DNA from: a virus
Direction: 5' to 3' (one strand)
Virus genome (UHGV): UHGV-0338553
DNA length: 33,666 nucleotides
Made by a program: the position numbers and the translations under genes. Of this stretch, positions 8,234 through 16,495 are shown piece by piece (within the stretch, counting starts at the first letter, position 1; each line of letters opens with the position of its first letter). The notes below the pieces were generated by a model, which saw only the letters and a program-made list of their open reading frames with translations, was not told where the DNA came from and searched no databases.

Positions 8234-10396
8234 ATGGTCGAACTGCTGGTGTACGACCGCTGGGGCGCGCAGATCGGCACGGTCACGCCCATCACCTGCA
8301 CCCGCGCCGAGGAAGTCAACGGCGAGGACACCTTGACATTCACGACACCCGTCCGGTTCGAGAAGGGCGACCGCGTTGTGTTCCAAGACGGCGGCGGCGT
8401 GTGGCACGAGCACGTGGTGACCGAAACCGACGAAAGCCGCGAGGAAGCGCGCGTGCTGAACACGGTCATCGCGGAGAACAGCCTGTGCGAGACGAACGGC
8501 GACTACGTGGAAGACCTCCGCAACCAGAACATGGCCGCGTCCGCCGCGCTTGCGAAGGCGCTTTCCGTGACCAGGTGGGAGCAGGGCGCTACGTCAAGCC
8601 TTGGAAGCAAGTCGCAGAACTTCTACCACATGAGCGCCCGCGCGGCCATCAACGCGGTGGCCGAAACATGGGGCGGCGAGGTCAGAACGGAAATCAGCGT
8701 CGGGACGGCAGGCGTTTCGCGCCGCCGCGTGTCGGTCGTGTCGCGCATCGGCGGCAACGGGTACAAGCGGTTCGAGTACAAGAAAGACCTGATATCGATC
8801 AGGCGCAAGGTCGAATCTGACGATGTTGTGACGGCGCTCTACGGCTACGGCTCCGGCCTTGCGGCCACCGACGAATCGGGAGAGGAAACGGGCGGGTTCA
8901 CGCGCAAGATCACCTTCGGCGAGGTGAACGGCGGCATGAACTACGTAGCCGACAACGAAGCCCTTCTCCTGTGGGGTCGCCCTGACGGCACGCTGCTTCC
9001 CGGCGGGCTTGCGCACGTTTTCGGCGAAGTCGAATACGACGAGTGCGAAGACCCGTCCGAACTGCTTGCGCTAACGAAAGCGGAACTGCCGAACAGGACG
9101 AAGCCGAAAGTCACCTACGAAGCGACGGTGCAGGCGCTCTGCGAAGCTGGTTTCAGGTTCGAGGGCTTTTCCTTGGGCGATGACGTGCAGATCATCGACT
9201 GGGCGTTTTCGCCCGCCCTAGAGTTGCAGGGGCGAATCCTGCGCGTCGAGTGGAACTACCGCGTGCCGTCCGAAACCGTCATCACGCTTGGCAACGTCAC
9301 CCCCGCCATTTCAGACCAGATCAACAGGCAGGCTGCGGCGTTGCAGAGCATGCGCGACCATTCGGGGGCGTGGGACAAGGCGGCGAGCGCCGACGAAAGC
9401 TACATCAGCGGCGTTATAGGAGTTATCAACGCCGTCATGAACGCGACCGGCGGGTACGTCTACATGGAACCCGGCGAGGGAATAACCGTCTACGACAGGC
9501 CGGTTGACCAGAACCCGACCATGGCGATACAGCTGAACGGCGCGGGCTTCCGCATCGCGAACAGGCGCGTCGGCGACACGTGGCAATGGCGCACGTTCGG
9601 GACTGGCGACGGCTTCAGCGCCGACGAGATAAACGCGGGCATCATACAAGGCGGTTCCAACTGGTGGAACCTCGAAACCGGCGACATGCTGTTCAAACAG
9701 GGTGGCATACGCGATAGCAAAGGAAAGAACTTTTGGGACTTGGACACCGGCGAGTTCTCCTTGTCCGCCGATGCCAAGATAGGCGACAAGACCGCCGCCA
9801 AGATAGCCCAGGATGCCGTGGACGCGCAGACGCAGCGCAGCATATTCAACAAGCTGACCAACGACGGGCAGACGCAGGGCATCTACCTTTCCGGCGGCAA
9901 GCTGTACATCAACGCAACTTACCTGAAGACAGGCATCATCAGCGACGTTTACGGAAGAAACTCGTGGAATCTCGGGAGCGGGACGCTCACGACCAACTAC
10001 ATGAAAGCGAGCAACATCGACGCGAGCGGAACGTTCGAATGCGGCACGTCATCGAACCTGCTGCGGCTCATCAACGGCGAGATTCAAGGCATAGAAAACG
10101 GTGTACAGATCGGCGTTGTCGATTTTTCGGCGCATATGAGAAACGTCAGTACCGGGCAGCTTACGACCGGGTTGCAGCTTACCGGCAACAACCACATACG
10201 CATCACCACGCCGCTTATCTCCGCTGCGGCTTCGAGCAGCGAATCAACGACAACGACGCATGCGGTGACAAAAAACTGCACCCTGCACTACATAAGCAAG
10301 ATCGACCCTAACAGCGACGGGACTATCACGTGGTGGAACGCGACGCGAAACATCAATTTTGTGGACGGCTTCTGCACGGTGTGCAACTTCGACTAA
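8234..10396 (+). CDS. Tail-associated lysin / prophage tail endopeptidase (Tal-like)
   Basis: ATG at 8234, just after the Dit stop. 720 aa. The N-terminal ~370 aa resembles Tal / Prophage_tail domain proteins. The C-terminal region is Gly/Thr/Asn-rich and fibre-like. The ORF extension from 7949 is rejected because it overlaps Dit. Confidence 0.6.
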   Translation: MVELLVYDRWGAQIGTVTPITCTRAEEVNGEDTLTFTTPVRFEKGDRVVFQDGGGVWHEHVVTETDESREEARVLNTVIAENSLCETNGDYVEDLRNQNMAASAALAKALSVTRWEQGATSSLGSKSQNFYHMSARAAINAVAETWGGEVRTEISVGTAGVSRRRVSVVSRIGGNGYKRFEYKKDLISIRRKVESDDVVTALYGYGSGLAATDESGEETGGFTRKITFGEVNGGMNYVADNEALLLWGRPDGTLLPGGLAHVFGEVEYDECEDPSELLALTKAELPNRTKPKVTYEATVQALCEAGFRFEGFSLGDDVQIIDWAFSPALELQGRILRVEWNYRVPSETVITLGNVTPAISDQINRQAAALQSMRDHSGAWDKAASADESYISGVIGVINAVMNATGGYVYMEPGEGITVYDRPVDQNPTMAIQLNGAGFRIANRRVGDTWQWRTFGTGDGFSADEINAGIIQGGSNWWNLETGDMLFKQGGIRDSKGKNFWDLDTGEFSLSADAKIGDKTAAKIAQDAVDAQTQRSIFNKLTNDGQTQGIYLSGGKLYINATYLKTGIISDVYGRNSWNLGSGTLTTNYMKASNIDASGTFECGTSSNLLRLINGEIQGIENGVQIGVVDFSAHMRNVSTGQLTTGLQLTGNNHIRITTPLISAAASSSESTTTTHAVTKNCTLHYISKIDPNSDGTITWWNATRNINFVDGFCTVCNFD

Positions 10397-10410
10397 GGAG
10401 GATTCAACCA

Positions 10411-10800
10411 ATGGGCAACATCCTGTACTACCTCGCGCACGACCCTGTAGGAAATTGCGAATGGCAGGTAAGCGACTTCGATAGATCTGCGCTCGCCAAG
10501 AACGCTGAAAACAACATCGTGTTCATAGCCGTTGACGAGAGCGGCAACCGCGAGATCGTGGACGCGTCAGAGGTCGTTGAGCCGCCCGCGATGGGGGAAC
10601 CGCTTGTTCTCGTCCAGCCTGTCTACGTTGACGAGCGCATGATGGCCACGGTAGCCGTTTTCGATGCCCTTGCGGCAGACCTGTACCCGTCCGCCGCCGT
10701 AATGACCATGAGCGCCGAAGCCGCTGATTCTGCCGCTGAAGGTGGGTTCATGGCGGCGGTCGCACGACTGAAGGGACTGGTTTATGGCAAGCAAGATTAG
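10411..10800 (+). CDS. Hypothetical tail/baseplate-associated protein
   Basis: AAGGAGGA RBS 8 nt upstream of the ATG at 10411. 129 aa. Lies in the tail-fibre region. Confidence 0.5.
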   Translation: MGNILYYLAHDPVGNCEWQVSDFDRSALAKNAENNIVFIAVDESGNREIVDASEVVEPPAMGEPLVLVQPVYVDERMMATVAVFDALAADLYPSAAVMTMSAEAADSAAEGGFMAAVARLKGLVYGKQD

Positions 10801-11839
10801 CGAAGCATGGTATCTGCGCCCGCTGACCATCGACACGGCCTACCAGCGCGCCATCGAAGACATGGTGGCTTCGCCGGAGGACGCGAAGGGCAAGGGAATC
10901 GACCTGACCCTGAAGTGCAACGGCGAAGCCGTTGACACCACGGGCTGCACGGTGATTCTCGGCTGGCGCAACCTCAACTCCGGCAAGAGCAACTCGCGCC
11001 TGTTCGATGCCGTCAGCGCGGCTTCCGGTCGATGGAAGGTCACGTACCCGACCGAAATGCTGACACCCGGCGTGGTGCTTGCGCGCGTGATCATCAAGCT
11101 TTCTGCAACCGGCAGCGTCATCACGTCAAGCCGCGAGTTCAGGATAATCGTCGAACACTCCATCACCAACGACATAACGGGCGGCTCGAACGACGATCTG
11201 TCGATGTTCCAGCAGGCCGTCGCCGACCTGACGGCGACGAACGACGCGGTGGCGAAGGCCGAGACTAAGCGGGTGGAAGCCGAGCAAGCCCGCGCCGCCG
11301 CAGAGCAGGAGCGCTTGCGCGCCGAATCGATGCGCATCGACAACGAATCGACGCGCATCGATTCCGAGACGGACAGGACAACGGCAGAGAGCGAGCGCGC
11401 CGCCGCTGAAAAGACGCGCGTCGTAAACGAGGAAGGCCGAACCCGGAGCGAAAGCGAAAGGTCGCGAGCGGAAAGCGAAAGAGCAGCCGCCGAAGAAGAC
11501 CGCGTGTCCGAATTCGCCGAGTTGAAAAGCCAATCGCAATCAGCGACGAACGCAGCAGACGGGGCGGCGAGAAAGGCCAACGCAGCCGCAGACAACGCCA
11601 ACGCCGCCGCCGCAACCGCGTCGAACGTGGTCGCGGAAGCCGTCAAGGCTCTGTCGCAGCAGGACGGCGACAGCGAAGCCGCGCAGATCGACGCTTTGGC
11701 GAAGCTTCTGCGCGAAGATTACGGATGCTTCTACCTTGCGAACACCATGTGGACGAAATCAAGCGACACGACCTATGCGGCCAACACGATCACGCTCGCC
11801 TGTTCAACCTACGCAAGCGGCAATATCACACTAGGATAG
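10784..11839 (+). CDS. BppU-like baseplate / tail fibre protein with central coiled-coil repeats
   Basis: 351 aa. The N-terminal ~150 aa is BppU_N-like. The central segment is a degenerate E/R/A-rich repeat (…SERAAAE…ESERSRAESERAAAEE…). It lies upstream of the DGR target gene. Confidence 0.5.
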   Translation: MASKISEAWYLRPLTIDTAYQRAIEDMVASPEDAKGKGIDLTLKCNGEAVDTTGCTVILGWRNLNSGKSNSRLFDAVSAASGRWKVTYPTEMLTPGVVLARVIIKLSATGSVITSSREFRIIVEHSITNDITGGSNDDLSMFQQAVADLTATNDAVAKAETKRVEAEQARAAAEQERLRAESMRIDNESTRIDSETDRTTAESERAAAEKTRVVNEEGRTRSESERSRAESERAAAEEDRVSEFAELKSQSQSATNAADGAARKANAAADNANAAAATASNVVAEAVKALSQQDGDSEAAQIDALAKLLREDYGCFYLANTMWTKSSDTTYAANTITLACSTYASGNITLG

Positions 11840-11851
11840 GAGAATAAAACC

Positions 11852-12751
11852 ATGGCAGACGTGAACTACATCACCGACAAAAACGGGAACAAGGTCAACA
11901 TCGCAGACCTGACGGCGCGCACCAACGCATCGACGGCGCTGCTCGAATCGGAGTACAACCGCCAGCTTGCCGACAACGTGTACGCTGGGCGCGACATTAG
12001 CACCATCACGGCGCTTGCGAGCGAGATCGCTTCGGCAGGGAGCATCCCCGCGTTCCTGAACGCCCGCGCGAAGGCCGGAAACTTCAACGGGCTGCGCATC
12101 GGCGACTGGACTGATATCGTCCTTTCGAGTGGCGTAACCATGCGCTACCAGATAGCCGCCTTCGACCACTACTACAACTGCGCCGATGCGGCCATGGGAC
12201 ACCACATCGTCATGGTTCCGACCTCCACCCCGGCAGTCACCGGCGACTACGCCATCAACGGAAGCTACATCTACTGGAACACCACCAACACCAACAACGG
12301 AACAGCCGACGAGAGCAACCCGTATCTTGCGAGCAACCTCCACGCCTGGGAAACCGGCGTGTTCCTCCCGCTCATGCCCACGGCTTGGCAGAACGTAATG
12401 CGCAACCATCGCAGCCTTGTTGAAACGCGGTACTCGGCTTCCGGCGCGCTCACCGACAGCACAAGTTGGAAATGGGCGGACTTGGGCAAAATCTGGTCGC
12501 CGTCCGAAATGGAAGTGTACGGTTGCCCGATCTGGGGGACGAAGGGCTACGGTCAGGGCATGGACAGCCAGTTCCCGATATTCCGCGAGACGAAGAACCG
12601 CATCAAAGGTCGCATCTATTGGTGGCTTCGCTCCGTGTCGGGAGGTTCTTCGGTTAACGCGTGCTGCGTCGGCCACGGTGGCTATGCCTACTACACCTCC
12701 CCGACGTACACGTGGGTTCGCCCCTTGCCCTGCTTCCTCATTGGAGCGTAA
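11852..12751 (+). CDS. DGR target (variable) protein, probable receptor-binding / fibre-tip protein with C-terminal C-type-lectin-like variable region
   Basis: AGGAGAA RBS. 299 aa. The last ~43 codons (…GRIYWWLRSVSGGSSVNACCVGHGGYAYYTSPTYTWVRPLPCF) are the VR copy of a downstream TR. All VR/TR differences fall on TR adenines, mostly in AAC/AAT codons. Confidence 0.8.
   Translation: MADVNYITDKNGNKVNIADLTARTNASTALLESEYNRQLADNVYAGRDISTITALASEIASAGSIPAFLNARAKAGNFNGLRIGDWTDIVLSSGVTMRYQIAAFDHYYNCADAAMGHHIVMVPTSTPAVTGDYAINGSYIYWNTTNTNNGTADESNPYLASNLHAWETGVFLPLMPTAWQNVMRNHRSLVETRYSASGALTDSTSWKWADLGKIWSPSEMEVYGCPIWGTKGYGQGMDSQFPIFRETKNRIKGRIYWWLRSVSGGSSVNACCVGHGGYAYYTSPTYTWVRPLPCFLIGA
12608..12737 (+). 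repeat. DGR variable repeat (VR)
   Basis: 130 bp, with 118/130 identity to 13326..13455. All 12 mismatches are positions where TR has A and VR has T, G or C. Both copies share the GC-rich 3' end GTGGGTTCGCCCCTTGCCCTG. Confidence 0.85.
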
Positions 12752-12774
12752 GAGCCATCTACCGTATACTTATC

Positions 12775-12797
12775 TGCGCCCGCCTTGCGCGGGCGCA
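12775..12797 (+). promoter_or_regulatory. GC-rich hairpin downstream of VR (9-bp stem TGCGCCCGC/GCGGGCGCA, loop CTTGC); a second 6-bp-stem hairpin lies at 12801..12815
   Basis: A perfect inverted repeat can be read directly. It lies 38 bp 3' of the VR end, where DGR target-recognition hairpins sit in characterised DGRs. Confidence 0.4.
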
Positions 12798-12835
12798 ATT
12801 ACCCGCGAAGCGGGTCGGTTTTTGGAGGGGTGTTT

Positions 12836-13303
12836 TTGAGCGTCTACCAACGAAAGCGCAACCTGTCTGACTACGAATTCTACTCGCGCGCAATCGCGAT
12901 ACGCGTCGAGGTGAACAAGCTTATGGCATCGCCGAACGTGGTGCCGAAAAGCTACCGGCTTCTGAACGCGGTGCCGACCGTCGAGACGGCGCGTTCCATC
13001 GTCTACAACATAACGCGAGCCGACCAGTTCTTCCCGAACACGTCCTTCAACGTCCTTGAGCGCCGGAAATACCTCACGCTTGCAATCGCCGACTGCGAAC
13101 AGCTGTGCCTTGACTTCCAATGCCTGCTCGAACTCGGCCTTCCGATCAACGTGAACAGGTTCGATGCGGTGGTTGAATCAATCGAGTTGGAGATATCGCT
13201 GCTGAAGGGCGCGCGAAAGAACGTGAAGCTGGTCGGCAAGCAGAGCGCCGAAGACCTCATTGAATCGACCGCCGCCGAACTGGAAAGGCTCCGTGCGCTA
13301 TAA
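12836..13303 (+). CDS. avd: Putative DGR accessory variability determinant (Avd-like four-helix-bundle protein)
   Basis: A small basic protein encoded between VR and TR. A TTG at 12836 is preceded by GGAGGGG. The alternative ATG at 12785 lies inside the VR-downstream hairpin. Assignment rests on position and weak similarity to the S23 / four-helix-bundle family. Confidence 0.45.
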   Translation: MSVYQRKRNLSDYEFYSRAIAIRVEVNKLMASPNVVPKSYRLLNAVPTVETARSIVYNITRADQFFPNTSFNVLERRKYLTLAIADCEQLCLDFQCLLELGLPINVNRFDAVVESIELEISLLKGARKNVKLVGKQSAEDLIESTAAELERLRAL

Positions 13304-13325
13304 TGGGCGAACGTTACGCTTTGCT

Positions 13326-13455
13326 GGTCGCATCAATTGGTGGCTTCGCTCCGTGTCGGGAGGTTCTTCGGTTAACGCGTGCTACGTCAACAACAATGGC
13401 AATGCCAACTACAACTCCCCGACGAACACGTGGGTTCGCCCCTTGCCCTGATTCC
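13326..13455 (+). ncRNA. DGR template repeat (TR)
   Basis: Cognate of the VR. Contains 25 adenines, 12 of which differ in VR. The AAC AAC AAT GGC AAT GCC AAC TAC AAC stretch is in frame with the VR codons. The predicted ORFs 13260..13451 and 13303..13671 across it are judged non-coding. Confidence 0.85.
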
Positions 13456-13559
13456 GCTGAACGGCCAGACCGAGTAGGGACATGCCCGAAAGCAGAGCCT
13501 GTAGAGGAAGGAAGGCGTGACGTTCGGGCTTGGGCCCGTGAATCTGCACCCCGCGAGGG

Positions 13560-14846
13560 ATGGCGGACGCTGCTTGCATGGCGGCGCGCTTCGGCGTTCA
13601 GCGCCGTTTCATGCCATCTTCTCATGCGGATACCGAACGCTGCGCTGCAATCCGTGCGGGGTGCCTTTTGAAATCCGAGGAACGAAGGCGGGCGCGCCGC
13701 GCGCGGCGCGAGGAAAAGCGCGCGGAGAAGCGCCGCGAGCGCTTGGCATCCTGCACGATGGAAAACGTCGCCGACCTGAACAGCCTTTACCGCGCCGCCG
13801 TTAAGGCTAAGAACGGCATCGCGTGGAAATCGTCGGTTCAAAGGTACGAGAAGGACGTGCTGCGCAACATCGTCAAGGCGCGCCGCGACCTTCTTGCCGG
13901 AAACGACGTTCGGCGAGGGTTCCACGAGTTCCAGCTGTACGAACGCGGGAAGCTTCGCAACATTTCGAGCGTCCATATCTCCGAAAGGGTGATTCACAAG
14001 TCGCTGTCGGTGAACGCCCTCGTCCCGGCGCTCACGCCCTCGTTCATCTTGGACAACTCGGCCAACACGAAAGGCCGTGGCACCGACTTCGCCATCAGAA
14101 GGCTGAAGAAGCAGCTTGTCGCCCACTACCGCGCGCACGGGAAAAGCGGGTACATCCTCCTTATCGACTTCAGCAACTACTTCGCGTCCATCGCGCACGA
14201 CCCGCTGAAGGAGATCGTTCGAGCCGCGCTTGACGATGAAAGGATTGTCGCGCTGACGCACGGCTTCATCGACGCGTGCGGCGACGTGGGCTTGGGTCTT
14301 GGCAGCGAGCCGAACCAGATATGCGCCGTTGCGTTCCCCTCGTCAATCGACCATTACGTGACCGAAATGCTGGGCGTGGAAGCCTACGGGCGCTACATGG
14401 ACGATTCCTACTGCCTGCATGAATCGAAGGAGTACCTTCAGGTCGTTCTTGCGCTCATAGAGCGGAAATGCGCGGAACTTGGAATCGAGATCAACCGGAA
14501 GAAGACCCACATCGTGAAGCTGTCACACGGTTTCACGTGGCTGAAGAAGAAGATAAGCTACGGCGACAACGGCAAGATCGTCATGCGCCCATGCCGGGAA
14601 TCCATCACGCGAGAGCGCAGGAAGCTGAAGAAGATGGCTCGTTTCGTCGCTTCCGGGGACATGACCTTTGAGCAAGTCGAAAGATCGTACCAGTCTTGGC
14701 GCGGCTCGATGCTCCGGCTCGATGCGCATAAGACGGTGCTTGCGATGGACGCGCTGTTCGCGTCGTTGTTCGAATCGAAAAACCTCCCACGGGGGGGGGG
14801 TCTGATTAACTGCGCTTTCCCGGCTGCGCGGCGCTTGGCCGCATGA
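13560..14846 (+). CDS. DGR reverse transcriptase
   Basis: RT domain with LIDFSNYFASI (motif 2-like), GLGLGSEPNQ (DGR-type motif 4) and RYMDDSY (YxDD). It lies directly 3' of the TR. The start is uncertain. The ORF opens at 13560, and alternative starts are the TTG at 13668 (GGGGTG upstream) or the ATG at 13758. A G10 homopolymer sits at 14791-14800 near the 3' end. Confidence 0.85.
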   Translation: MADAACMAARFGVQRRFMPSSHADTERCAAIRAGCLLKSEERRRARRARREEKRAEKRRERLASCTMENVADLNSLYRAAVKAKNGIAWKSSVQRYEKDVLRNIVKARRDLLAGNDVRRGFHEFQLYERGKLRNISSVHISERVIHKSLSVNALVPALTPSFILDNSANTKGRGTDFAIRRLKKQLVAHYRAHGKSGYILLIDFSNYFASIAHDPLKEIVRAALDDERIVALTHGFIDACGDVGLGLGSEPNQICAVAFPSSIDHYVTEMLGVEAYGRYMDDSYCLHESKEYLQVVLALIERKCAELGIEINRKKTHIVKLSHGFTWLKKKISYGDNGKIVMRPCRESITRERRKLKKMARFVASGDMTFEQVERSYQSWRGSMLRLDAHKTVLAMDALFASLFESKNLPRGGGLINCAFPAARRLAA

Positions 14847-14850
14847 GCGG

Positions 14851-14878
14851 CGAAAACCCCTGACACGCTTTCTATCCT
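14851..14878 (+). repeat. 28-nt intergenic motif CGAAAACCCCTGACACG(C/G)TTTCTATCCT, copy 1
   Basis: 27/28 identical to 32942..32969. Both copies are intergenic: RT-to-lysis-cassette here, terminase-to-portal there. Confidence 0.7.
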
Positions 14879-14906
14879 GTTAATAGGGAAACAACAGGAT
14901 AGAAAG
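14868..14906 (+). promoter_or_regulatory. Perfect 14-bp-stem hairpin (CTTTCTATCCTGTT / AACAGGATAGAAAG, 11-nt loop) after the RT gene
   Basis: Read directly from the sequence. There is no downstream T-tract, so it is not a canonical intrinsic terminator. The 3' arm overlaps the SD (GAAAGGG) of the next gene. The 5' arm belongs to a 28-nt motif repeated at 32942..32969. Confidence 0.5.
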
Positions 14907-14915
14907 GGCGGTGCA

Positions 14916-15101
14916 ATGGATTCAGAAAACGAAGCTTCTGCCGAAATCAATTCGCTGAAGCTGCTTCTGGCGCAAACGGACTACCAGGCTCTGAAGTTCT
15001 CTGACGGCGCGATGGCCGAAGACGAGTACGCGCCAATCCGGCAGAAGCGCGCGGAGTGGCGCACGCGAATCAACGAACTTGAATCGCAAGCTGCGGCCTA
15101 G
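14916..15101 (+). CDS. Hypothetical small protein (first gene of lysis cassette; XkdX-like by size and position)
   Basis: 61 aa. SD AAGGG 8 nt upstream. Confidence 0.4.
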   Translation: MDSENEASAEINSLKLLLAQTDYQALKFSDGAMAEDEYAPIRQKRAEWRTRINELESQAAA

Positions 15102-15113
15102 CGACGTGAAGCC

Positions 15114-15467
15114 GTGATCGATCAGCTAATCAAAAACCCCGACATGATGCGCGAGATAGGCTTTTTCTGGGTCTTCGTCATCGCGCTGATAGCCGCGAGC
15201 GCCTATTTCGCGCCCGTCATCAAACAGTATCTGGTCACGAAGATCAAGAGTTCCGCCCGCATCGAACAGGTCATAGAGAACTGCACGGCGGCGGTCAACA
15301 ACAACTCCGAAGCCCTGCGGAACAACTCCGAAGCCCTGCACGCAAACAACGACGAGCGTGACACGACCGTCGCTATCTTGCGCGAACACGACCGCGCTTC
15401 AGACCTGCGTTTCCAAGAGCAGAACGCTGCGCTGACCAGAATCGAAAACAAGCTACAAGGAAGGTAA
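15114..15467 (+). CDS. Membrane-anchored coiled-coil protein (XhlA-like / holin-associated)
   Basis: GTG start. One N-terminal TM helix (FFWVFVIALIAASAYFAPV). The coiled-coil C-terminus carries a direct NNSEALRNNSEAL repeat. Confidence 0.4.
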   Translation: MIDQLIKNPDMMREIGFFWVFVIALIAASAYFAPVIKQYLVTKIKSSARIEQVIENCTAAVNNNSEALRNNSEALHANNDERDTTVAILREHDRASDLRFQEQNAALTRIENKLQGR

Positions 15468-15471
15468 ACCT

Positions 15472-15765
15472 ATGAGCGAAAACGAGAACATTGAAGTGAT
15501 GGCCGACGTTGATTCGGAGGACTTGAAGGTTTCCGGCGGCACGATCGCGCGAACCGTCGCGTTCGCGATAGTGTGGCTGAACCAGCTTTTCGTCTTCTTC
15601 GGCGCTCCCACGCTCGATATCGACACTGCGGCGCTGTACGACATAATCAGCGGCGTTGCCACGTTCTCCGTGTCCGCATGGAACTACTGGAAGAACAACA
15701 GCTGGCGCATTCCCGCCCTCGTCGGCGACGCGGTGAAGGATTCCTACGGCCATGCTGCGGACTAG
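15472..15765 (+). CDS. Putative holin (two TM helices)
   Basis: AAGGAAGG RBS. 97 aa with two hydrophobic helices. Immediately upstream of the lysin genes. Confidence 0.55.
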   Translation: MSENENIEVMADVDSEDLKVSGGTIARTVAFAIVWLNQLFVFFGAPTLDIDTAALYDIISGVATFSVSAWNYWKNNSWRIPALVGDAVKDSYGHAAD

Positions 15766-16495
15766 CAGCGCTGGGCGCTCCCACGTCCGCAAGCGCGGTC
15801 GCATCGTGTCTGACGGCCAGATCGCCGCCATATTCCTTGCGCTTCTACTCCTTTCCCTCCTGTGCGTCGGCTTGGCCGCTTGCGCCGTCCATTTCGCAAG
15901 CGGCCAACCGACAGCGAAAGAGGGCGCGGAAAGCGAGACGCTTCCCGTCAGCGATATACCCATGCCGAAGGTCATCCCGGCAGGGCGAACCATGCCGCTT
16001 TACCTGCAAGACGATGTTCAGTGGGCGCACATCGAGTACGCAGGCGACAGCACCGTTGCCGAAAGCGGGTGCGGGCTTACGTGCGCCGCCATGGCGCTCG
16101 AATACCTCACGAACCAGAAGACAACGCCGCGCGATCTGCAAGGCATCGTCGGCGACACATGCACGGTTCACGGGGTGAACGACATGGCCTTGTTCGGCGA
16201 CTACATGGAACAGGCCTACGGCCTTTCGCAATCAGAAATCTACTACGACCTGAACCAGGCCGTCGCCGACGTTGCGGACGGCTCCGTTGTCTTCGCTTCG
16301 CTGACGGGTCGCTTCGGAGATTCCACCTACGGCGGACACATCGTCGCAATATGGCACGTCGATGGTGATGCGGTATGCGTGCGCGACCCTGCTTCCGGCG
16401 CGAATTCGCAGCGCAGCTTCACGCGCGACGAGTTGGCGAACGTCGAATGGTCTTACTTCTACTCACTCACGAACGAAGGGCTTTCCTATGCTTAA
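15752..16495 (+). CDS. C39-like papain-fold cysteine peptidase with lipoprotein-type signal peptide (probable cell-wall endopeptidase)
   Basis: N-terminal LLLLSLLCVGLAAC lipobox-like signal. Catalytic-looking Cys in ESGCGLTCAAMALEYL and His in GGHIVAIWH (Peptidase_C39_2-like). Confidence 0.55.
   Translation: MLRTSSAGRSHVRKRGRIVSDGQIAAIFLALLLLSLLCVGLAACAVHFASGQPTAKEGAESETLPVSDIPMPKVIPAGRTMPLYLQDDVQWAHIEYAGDSTVAESGCGLTCAAMALEYLTNQKTTPRDLQGIVGDTCTVHGVNDMALFGDYMEQAYGLSQSEIYYDLNQAVADVADGSVVFASLTGRFGDSTYGGHIVAIWHVDGDAVCVRDPASGANSQRSFTRDELANVEWSYFYSLTNEGLSYA

Noticed and set aside
13260-13671. Predicted ORFs 13260..13451 and 13303..13671 overlapping the template repeat
   Set aside because: The Asn-rich 'protein' is simply the TR read in the VR frame. 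TR is expected to act as a non-coding RNA template. No RBS, and the ORFs run across the avd-TR-RT spacer.
13560-14846. Reverse transcriptase as a group II intron maturase or retron RT
   Set aside because: There are no flanking intron RNA domains and no retron msr/msd-like inverted repeats. Instead there is a cognate TR/VR pair with adenine-specific differences and an Avd-like gene, which fits a DGR.
14868-14906. 14-bp-stem hairpin as a rho-independent terminator for the RT gene
   Set aside because: No T-rich tract follows on either strand (downstream is GGGCGGTGCAATGG). It is kept as a regulatory or structural element instead.
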